From Spirogloea muscicola (lineage: Eukaryota): a stretch of 20,000 nucleotides of DNA. The DNA lies in assembly GCA_009602725.1 (NCBI GenBank), contig WELB01000006.1, forward strand, positions 583,222-603,221, read 5' to 3'. A program made the position numbers and the translations under genes. The notes beneath the pieces are model-generated. The model made no database searches. It was not told where the DNA came from and saw nothing but the letters and a program-made list of their open reading frames with translations. Of this stretch, positions 11,569-20,000 are shown one piece after another (position 1 is the stretch's first letter; each line of letters opens with the position of its first letter).

Positions 11569-11889
11569 TGTTCTCGAGGCATAAGAGCTGGAAAGGACAG
11601 AAGCATAAGTGGCTAGGCACAACCTTCGTTAAGGGCAACAAGCGTCCATTCTGCTTGTACTTCACCCAGCTGCGTAGTACTCAAAGTCAGTAGCTCAATG
11701 TCAGCCAACATCACGAGCCCAAGTTGTTCTCGGTTGTCTTAGTGCAGTGCTGTCTTGGGTTCTCGCCTTTGCAATGCCCTTGACGAGAAAGGGCGCTGGA
11801 GCAGAGTGGCTGGCTACATTCAGGCACGCGCAAGTGTGTGTAGTGCTCACCTGTTAAGCCTGTCAATTGTGCCACCTTCTTCTAGCTGA

Positions 11890-12216
11890 GCTTGTCCTGC
11901 CAAGGTCTTCCATGTTGTGGCATGTCAGCTCCTTTACATCTTGCCCTAGCTTGCCTCTCAGGCAGGCTCCCTTTTCGATTGTTGCATGTGCATGTGTCTT
12001 AGTGGGGGTTCATTCCTGTGCGATCCTCGTGCTGGCCTTCTTGCACCTTATTGCTTGGACTGCCAAGGTCTGCGTTGTTGTGAGTTCTCAGCTCCTTTGA
12101 CGCCCTAGGTTGCCCTCAGACAGATTCCCTACTCGGTTGTTGCATGTGCATTGCGTCAGAGTGGCGACATGTCCTGTGCAATTTCCTTGCTGGCCGTCAT
12201 GCACCTAACTGCTTAG
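11890..12216. repeat. Diverged tandem duplication, two units of about 163 bp
   Basis: Shared blocks recur about 160 bp apart: ctgccaaggtct, tcagctccttt, gccctag.ttgcc, ttgttgcatgtgcat, tcctgtgc, tgctggcc, tgcacct. Confidence 0.8.
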
Positions 12217-12529
12217 TATGCTTTCAGGTTGAAACGGGAGCCACCTTCCACAAGCACGCAAAGCAAATAAGTATTGCTTAGGCCTGCAAGGTGTGCTCCG
12301 CAAGTAGGCACTCCTCAAGAGCTGGGGCTGCAGACACTTCCATTTTGTCGAGGTGATGTTACTGCAAGATGTACTGGCAGGTCTAATTAGTTGATTCTGG
12401 ATTATGCAAGATGAGCAATACGCGGGGAACTAGTGAAGGCTAGCCTTTGATCTGCATGGATGTCAATACTGAGAGTATTCAGCGATGCCAGGGACTGCTG
12501 CCAGATTAGGCAACCTTCCGATGAGAAAT

Positions 12530-12847
12530 TCTCACCAGTAGATTTTGTAATGAGCGCAGCTGGAGCAGATATGTCATATGCCCCAAGTGGGCCCATAACC
12601 TGTCGAGTTTCTGAGCTTCCGGATTGATTAGTAGCATTGTTTTCACCAATTTTGGCCATATCAAAAGTCAGATATCAATCGCTTTGATTCTGTTCCTACT
12701 TTTGATGAGGCCAAGATTGGTGAAAGCAGTGCTACTAATCAATCTACTACTAGTCTGGAAGCTCAGAAACTCGACAGGTTATGGGCCCACTAGGGGCAAA
12801 TGACATATCTTCTCCAGCTACGCTTATTACAAAATTTACTGGTGAGA
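12530..12847 (+). ncRNA. Long inverted repeat/foldback; candidate pri-miRNA or hairpin-siRNA locus
   Basis: Arms 12530-12668 and 12698-12847 are reverse complements, with a 35-bp perfect core (12586-12620 / 12757-12791). The spacer also folds (caga-t-atcaa[tcgct]ttgat-tctg). The inverted repeat itself is certain; the RNA function is inferred. Confidence 0.55.
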
Positions 12848-12919
12848 TTAGAGTATTGAGTATTGCTAATTGGCAATCTGTAAGGGCAACCCAGATGTCC
12901 TTACTACTTGCAGAGCATG

Positions 12920-15878
12920 TTACACCTTCAATCTCTTCAGCCGAGCCTGAAACTCGAGATGAAGTTGTTGCTTGATTGATGAAGGTGCAAATACATAATT
13001 CACAGAGCGCAAGGCAAGTTCCTTGAGGTCTTGCTTGTTGAGGTCTGACAATGGCATTGCACATAAACCGAATGAGAATGAAGACCATTGAGTAGGATGA
13101 CGGGAACACAAGACTGCTTGTGACTTTGCTCCGTGAAGTCAAACTGGTCAGACAGGAATCTCCTTACGAAGAAAGAAAGCCGCACAAATGCACATGATAA
13201 GAAGGGAGGCTATGCCGGGCCAAAGTCACTGTTCATGCAGACAGCAATGGAAGTGCAACCAAATGGGCTAAGGAAGCAGGGCGAAAGCAGGGTGAAAGTA
13301 CGGCTGGAGAGGGCTTTGCAATTTTTAGTTCAATAAAGTCAGAGAGGCCAACTTGGGGACCCAGAGCAAGTCGGAAGCAAGAGGAAGAAGTTGGTAGTGA
13401 AACTGACTAACCGAATGCTGCTGCAGCCAGGGCAAATTCCCGAGACAAGTAGGTGGAGAAGACACCACAGTCGTCCGTGCAGATGATAGTTGGATGATCA
13501 ACTTTGTACATATCAACTGTAAGGAAAAGCATGAGCAGGAAAGGAGGCAAGTCTTACTAGACTTCAGTGAGATGCATCTGTTGTTCTTATTGTGTTTCTT
13601 ATGCCTTCCATTACTTGATGTAGTGTGAAAATCTGATAAAGCTTACCAAAATGATGGCTGGAATATGTACTGACACTATCAGTCATGATATTTGAAGTTA
13701 GGCATATCTCCACCTGTTTGAGATGCCAAGTGGAAGACAGGTGCGTCAGAAAGCAGACTGACCAACGAAATGGCAATCTGCATATACTGCCAGCATGCAC
13801 AACACTCCTTCTAATCTGCTGAAGTGGACACCTTCAGCAGCTTCACAAACATCAGCTTCACAAACATCAGCTTCACAAACATCAGCTTTTGCAGACCGGG
13901 ATATTGGATGTCAAAAGAGCTGCCCACTCGGCCTCCTCCAGGCAGCAAACATGACCGATCCTCTCAGGCTTAAAGGCCAACATTGCTTTGACCTCTTCTG
14001 CATTTGGCACCTGAAAATGCAGTCGGCCGTGAGCTGAAAGTAAATTGGAGCACAGTGACATCAGTCATGATAGTCACAGATGGAGCTGGTGGTAGATTCA
14101 CAATAGGACAAAGACAGCTTGAGTTTGCTATATTGTGACCAGAAAGAGCAATGGTTGCATATCGAGGTCTGACCTCGCCACAGTGAAGAGTGACTGGGAG
14201 CCTGTGTTCACGAGCCCAGAGGAGGGCTGGCAAGAATGTGCTCCTGTTATTGAAGACAAGTAGTTGCTTGAGAATGACAATTGTAGGGTGGCAGGATCTT
14301 AAAGTCGTCGGAGGCTCATGTTCTTACCAGTTTCCCACAGACGGATTGCCAGACAAGTCCACGCCTGCAACACCCCTGTCGCGATACTCGTCAGCCAGTC
14401 TGACCTGTGCAACACAAATGTGCTCATAGAATCATCAGAGTATATTACACAAATGGTAGGTTGATACTAGAGGCAATTATTGTGCTTATATAGGAGGCGG
14501 AAACATACCGTTTCCATGGCCGCATCTGCACTTTCTCTCCGGTCAATGCTTAGCAGCAGTTGCACTCGTATACCCATCTTGGTTTCACGGGGCATGCCCA
14601 GCATATCCTCATGACCGACTTCTGTTGAGGAGCTGCGTTCGCTTGATGACGTACTTGATATGCCACAGTGAAGACCAGCAAGGACAGCTTCAATGTATGA
14701 CTTCTTTGTAATCTGCCGTTCCGGACTGCTCTGCAAGTGAGAAAAGGGGGAGACTCGCAGGTTCAGAAAAAGAAAGGATTCGGACAACAGTCTCTGAGTC
14801 AGATGCTAAGATTTCAACGATTTAAAAGTTCCAGCCATGGCACCTGCCAATAAGAGGATGGTGGATGGCTGCAGGCAGTGCTACAGTATTGATGCTTGCT
14901 TAGGCAAGGATATATACACGATCTTGACGTCTGCTGAATATAGAAGAGACAATAAGCTATCAATAAGCCACAAGTTTGAGCCTCTGCGAAGATGAGAGGT
15001 GACAGGTTGCAGCAAAGTGATGTACCTTGGGTGTTGTACGTATTTCCAGATATATCACATTGTCTGCTGCAAAGTCCTCAACCACCTAAAAGTTGGTCAC
15101 ACATTATGCGATGTGCAGATATGCCATGTAACAAAACAGCTTGTGAGCCACCATTCAGTGGTTGAGATATGAAGCTTATGGTGAAACAGTAACCAACTCT
15201 ATTACATCAAGAGCTTGTGGTGTACCTCCTGAGCTATGCGCGTGATAATTTCATGGTTGGTGGTCAACTTGTGAATCAGGTCAAAAAGCTTGAAGCATTC
15301 AGCCAAGCTTCTGTCTCCTGAGGTCACGAATGGTACAAAATACAAAAATTTAAGCTGATGACAGGTAGGATTGCTCTTCCTTCGAAATGGCAGGTGGATT
15401 ACGCAAGCAACACGGTTCTACCACAGCCAGATTGCCTGATCTGAGGCCCTCCTACCTCGTTTTGTCAGTTTGTGAGCATCAGCAGCAAACGGCTCAGGGC
15501 AACGTGAAGCAAGATCTCTGTTACATCAAAATTTCACTAATTGCTGAGACATGGCAGTGTTTGACATGCTAATGGCAACCTCATTCACAGACTGCAGGGT
15601 GAAGGAAAAGAGGAAAGCGATTGGCTTGACTTCCAAGTGAGACTTGGTGACCAGACCAGCAAGACTTCCGCGTGACCTGCTGTATGGGCCATGCAATGCA
15701 TAAACCACGCTTTGAAGCATCGCTACATGATTACTCATCAGGTATTGTACCTTATGGTTGAGTCACGTATAGAGCCATTGAGGTGTGCGTGCAGCTCAAT
15801 CTTCGGTAATGCCTTACAATATGGGAGCCACTCCTTGTAGGCGTAGAGAGCAGCAGAGGCACTCTCCGTCAAGCTCAT
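12920..15878 (-). CDS. ADAL: Adenosine deaminase-like protein / N6-methyl-AMP deaminase (ADAL/MAPDA); 11 exons
   Basis: Exons: 15878-15751, 15517-15456, 15317-15226, 15085-15026, 14730-14509, 14404-14328, 14243-14174, 14010-13897, 13713-13647, 13516-13412, 13044-12920. Motifs: LPKIELHAHLNGSIRDST, FKLFDLIHKLTT, VVEDFAADNVIYLEIRTTPK, LLLSIDRR, GVDLSGNP, TLHCGE, PERIGH, VEICLTSN, ICTDDCGVFST. The start is uncertain: an alternative first exon from ATG 16052 (MAEACVSRAA) is possible. Confidence 0.93.
13838..13888. repeat. 15-bp minisatellite x3.4 in an ADAL intron
   Basis: cagcttcacaaacat x3 plus cagctt. Confidence 0.9.
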
Positions 15879-16126
15879 GTTGCACAGAACGTGATGTTTG
15901 CAGCTGAGTGGTGCTTCAATGCCAGGAAGGCAGGCCAACAGGGCCAGCCGAGGCACCTCTCATCAACTTCCATGGACTGTCTGCAAGAGCATAGGCTCGA
16001 GAGCGAGCAGACTTGGCGGCACCGCCGCTCGAGAGACGCAAGCTTCCGCCATTGTGGCGGCAAAGCAGCCAAGGGGCAAAGTGCCGCGGGCGGCGAGGGG
16101 CATCGGAGCTCGACGACAGAGGCTCG

Positions 16127-16265
16127 ATGGCGCTGCCGTTATGGGCGCGTTCCGTTGCCAAACCGATTCGGCGGGGTTGGCAGCTGGCGGCATCACCGTG
16201 TCTGATGGTAGCTATCGTGGCTGTCGCTTTCCTGATGACGGTAAACTTCATCCAGGAAATTCGAA
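16127..16265 (+). CDS. Candidate short first exon/uORF encoding a single hydrophobic (TM-like) segment upstream of the MYB
   Basis: ATG 16127, MALPLWARSVAKPIRRGWQLAASPCLMVAIVAVAFLMTVNFIQEIR, ending at a consensus donor A|GTAAGT (16266). It lies in the GC-rich island between ADAL and MYB. No recognised homology. Confidence 0.35.
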
Positions 16266-16858
16266 GTAAGTCAGACGTCCCTACTGTGAGTTCCTGGCCA
16301 GGCATGTCGGGCTGGCCAGGCGACCCGCCGCCGTCCGCGCCGTCGCTGCCGCCGGCACTCGCGGGTGTGTGCAGCGAGCGGCAGTCGCCGCCACCACGAA
16401 GGACAATGCCGGTGCACCACACGACGGCTGCGATAATCAGCAGGCGCTTGAGGGACCAGTTGCGACCAGCACCTTAGCATAGGCGGCGCTCAGTAACCTC
16501 AGAGCCTGGTCCAGCAGATCAAGTATCTTGCAAGTGCAATCACTTTGCTGCTAATTCTTTTGTCGTCGGCTTTGACTGATGTCTGGCGCTTTGCTTTGCA
16601 AAGGCATTCAGCACTCTTCACCCGGCAACTTCAGTGATATTTGATTCCACTTAATCATCTATCAGCTGCAGATGAGCTTGAAGCTGTGGTACGAGCACCA
16701 GACTGCTGATGCCGACAAAAGAAACACACCTCGAGCACATCTCAGCACGCCCTTCGGAATAGACTATGTCACCTGCTTCAAGCCCTGTATCAGCTGCTCG
16801 GATGTCATGAACGTAGAAGGCACTGCAGTCAATTGCACTTAAGCTCAGCAGAAAGCTG

Positions 16859-18017
16859 ATGACTAAGCCAAACGGTAAGAGAATACTGCCAGCGCCAGCA
16901 ACTTCCTATGTGTGACTACTTTCTTGTCGCATACTATGAGCATTGCATAGATGTAACAAATGGATCATTAGCATCACAAGATCTGATCTGGTGCACTTGG
17001 TTTGAAATCATGACATTAGTCTAGCGTGTCTCACGATTGAGTGTACATACAGGCGGCCGTAGCAGGGGCAAGACAGCATCAAAGGCAAACCTGACAAGAA
17101 AGAAGGGGACTTGGACGCCAGACGAAGATGCAATACTCCGAGAATATGCTCGTCAGGCTGGCCCCAAGCCAATGTGGAGCCTTCTTAACAAGATCATGAA
17201 GCTCAGCCCTCCACTTCCTCGAGATGGCAAGAGTTGCCGCTTGCGATGGGAGAACCATCTTCGGCCAGGACTGCGGACAGGACCGCTCAGCCCAGAGGAG
17301 CAGGAAATTGTCCTTCAATTGCATGCAGAGAAAGGCAACAAATGGTCCTGGATTGCTTCGCAACTTGAGGGAAGGACTGAGAATGCAGTCAAGAATTGGT
17401 GGAACTCCAAGTATAGCAAGCGCAAGAAGAAGCGACCTCCACCAAAGGTGCACAGCAGGAAGTGCAAAAGACAACGCAGCAGGGTGGAAGAGAAAGTTGC
17501 TCAAAAGGACCATAGTCCTATCACATTGCATCAACCTCCAGCATCCCCAGGCTCCTCTGCATGCAACTCTGCAACAGCAAGTGCAGCAGGAGAAGGAGTC
17601 ATAAATCGACCTGATGCAAGGAAGTTGGTCTATGCACCAAAGAACGAGTGCAGTAAGAGGCCCTTGTCCCCAGGAGGAGTGTGTGATGCAGAAGCACATG
17701 CTGTGTTTGAAAAAGTCGCCTCTTGGGCCAACTCGGAGGCCGTGCTGCCATGCCCAATGCCCAAGCTTTTGAGCTGGTCACAAGATCTCTCCATCTTCTA
17801 CATGCCCTCACCGAGTGGACCAGAGCTGACAACATCTCAGCCGCAAAGTATGAATCGCCAACGAGGTACACGGTCTACAAGCAGGAGCCACGATCGCTCT
17901 GCTGCAGACGATGAAGGTACCACTGAGTCTGTTCGGGCTCTGCTCGACAGCATCTTCGCAGAAAGAACATCCACCGGCGACAGTCCCAGTGTCGATCACA
18001 TGAGGAGCTGTGATTGA
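16859..18017 (+). CDS. R2R3-MYB transcription factor, divergent
   Basis: Micro first exon ATGACTAAGCCAAACG (16859-16874, donor GTAAGA) splices in phase to acceptor catacag|17053, then one open exon runs to TGA 18017. R2 KKGTWTPDEDAIL...W...GKSCRLRWENHLRPGL; R3 GPLSPEEQEIVLQLH..GNKWSWIASQLEGRTENAVKNWWN; basic NLS-like KRKKKR. The ORF-track start at 17037 is a TTG inside the intron. Confidence 0.9.
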
Positions 18018-19348
18018 GCCTCAAAAGGGAGGACAGATGTCATCTCCACCTTCTGCATCTAAATCAGCTTGCCTCAGGTTCCTTCTGCAAAGTAGATGAT
18101 GGAAAGTGATTGGTTACTCAATGACCTGGAGAATAGCCTTCTCTGCATTTGCCTGCATTCCTTTGCCACCAGCCTACATACTATAGCTGCAGCACATGCC
18201 AATTGTGTGCAAGACAGCTCACAATCTGCTGCGATCTGCACAAGCAGTGGCTACGACTACAGCTTGCAGAGAAGCTGTCTGCAGAGAGACAAGCCAAAGC
18301 ACCCCATGCTCACAAAAGATGTCTGCCTTCATTCCTCTGCTTGCCACACATCATTGCTGTGGGCATGCTATACGCATCTTGCAGACACTGGATCTGAATT
18401 ACATTCTGCAGAGATATATGGACACTGTATGGTAGATAGCCTAGCTTAGGGTGTAAGCAGTGAGCAACAAGGGATACAGGTTCTGTTAATCTTTACAGCA
18501 AGTAGCAAGGAAGGCACTACACGTTGCATCAGTAAGTCCACTGGTCAAGTCGGGGCCAAGCATGTAGCTGTCCATGTTCCAGGGCTGACAACATTTCAGC
18601 AGCTTGCAAAGTACGTGTGCACTAGTGATGTGATTTAGGTCAAGGGGTGCAGCATATGCGGAGCTAGCAACGTGTAATTGAGAGTCTGTAGTTCTGACCT
18701 TTGCTCTGCCTTAGGGCATCTGAAAGGCTTTGGCTTGTCGTGGCCGTCATGGCAGCTCTCTCGGGATGTGCATTCGGCATCGCTATAAACAACTGGTTTG
18801 CAAATGGAGTGCGTCGACGAGCAAGCCCAAGCTTCCTACTGGCTTGCTTCCACTGTGCGGTTGTCTTGACTGGTGACGTGCAGCAATGCCATCTCATGCG
18901 AGCTGGGTTTGCATTTCGTGCTGCACATGAGAAGTCTCAAGCATACTGAAGGTCTGCCGACGTCTGAAAGGGACGCCGCTGCGAGGCTGATGGCGACCGC
19001 TCAGGGAGCCACGAGCAAGCGTCCGGCGAAGCAGCGCAAATACCGGCTACGCAGCTCTGCTACTTCCAGGACGAGCCAGACGGCAAGGGGCCGCCGTCAT
19101 GAGATATCCCGCCGTTGGCCCATGTGTGTCGATCTGACAAGAATGGTGACGTGGAGGCAAACGTGGACATAACAGGTGGACTCACATTTGCTCTAGTGTG
19201 AATGAGTCGCAACCCGGTCACCCCCTGCTCCACATCAGTCAGGAAAGAGCCCAATCTGGCTCGGTGTCGGAGCACCATCCGGTCCGCCGCCGTGCCTTCC
19301 CCATCAACGGCAAGCAGCCCCTATTCTGCCGCACGAGCCGCTCAAATG

Positions 19349-19382
19349 AAGCCCAAAAGAAGCCGAAAAGCCCTAAAGCCCG
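19349..19382. promoter_or_regulatory. Possible promoter with site-II-like (AGCCCA) and degenerate telo-like (AAGCCCTAA) motifs
   Basis: aagcccaaaagaagccgaaaagccctaaagcccg: four AAGCC units about 9-11 bp apart within a GC-rich island. No downstream gene was identified. Confidence 0.25.
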
Positions 19383-19535
19383 CTTGGATGGGTGTGACCC
19401 ACATTGACGAGCAATGGCGGGTACCGGCCGAGCTAGCGTCGGGTAAAGGTAGGTAGTGGTAGAAATTACAGCCTCGGGCTACGCTGGCCTTTGAGACGGT
19501 CTCAGGCTTAGCTGCTTAGCAGGGGTTACCGAGTG

Positions 19536-19855
19536 CTTCGTAGCTGCTTCATTTCTTTTTTGTGCTTGATGTTCTTCGTACTTCCCCTGGGCCCTTCTCG
19601 TCCTTTGTTCATTCTTTTGTGGGCTGGCTTTTTCAGCACCTCTTCTCTATGGGCGCCCACTTCTCTTTTTCCAGCCCCTATCCCCAATGGGCGAGCCCTT
19701 CATTTCTCAGGCTCGTGGGTACTGAGCTTCCCTCTGCATCGTCTTCGTGTTCTGCAGTCTTTGAGAGCAAGCGCGGCCAGATTAACTGGTGGCTGGGAGA
19801 GGCCAGCCCAAAAGAATGGACAAGGTCTGAAGGAGTCGGAGTGCTAAGGACTGAG
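19536..19855. repeat. Dispersed repeat family, copy B, with an internal inverted repeat
   Basis: Homologous to 4330-4455. cctttgttcattcttttgtgggctggc (19602-19628) is inverted at gccagcccaaaagaatggacaagg (19802-19825). Confidence 0.55.
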
Positions 19856-20000
19856 ACAGCAGTAAGCGAACTCTCAGTAACCTCTCGTCAGTAGATGCAA
19901 ATCTGAGTAGCTAGCAGGCGGAAAGACGTCGCCCTGACGGAAGCCGGAGGCCGCCGCCAGAGCGCGGCCTGCGCGCAAGTGGACCGCAAAAGCTAGGGAC

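Noticed and set aside
12402..12975. Two similar ORFs on opposite strands (..MGPLGA.DIS.PA.LITK..)
   Set aside because: A by-product of the inverted repeat; no evidence of coding function.
17815..17845. PELTTSQ as a degenerate GAMYB ELPSxQ box / miR159-319 site
   Set aside because: The nucleotide match to the canonical site is too poor to support it.
18873..19456. Short ORFs and a possible - strand exon (ATG 19278, donor near 19185)
   Set aside because: The spliced product stops quickly and has no recognisable domain.

Overview
Intron-rich eukaryotic nuclear DNA from a green plant lineage. A streptophyte alga is likely, inferred from plant-type proteins, TTTAGGG motifs, short GT-AG introns and very GC-rich first exons. 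Five spliced genes can be rebuilt by hand with consistent exon phases: a prolyl 4-hydroxylase with a C-terminal ShKT domain (-), a radical-SAM RNA methyltransferase RlmN (-), an AlkB-family 2OG-Fe(II) dioxygenase (+), an ADAL/MAPDA-type N6-methyl-AMP deaminase (-) and a divergent R2R3-MYB (+). RlmN and AlkB are head-to-head, with both starts hidden in a 511-N gap. The most notable non-coding feature is a continuous ~318-nt foldback (12530-12847) just past the ADAL stop, whose G:U bias points to a + strand hairpin RNA (MIRNA/hpRNA candidate). Also notable: three adjacent genes that all act on methylated bases, a dispersed repeat family present twice (about 4330 and 19536), intronic telomere-like tracts, and an in-phase transmembrane-coding exon upstream of the MYB.
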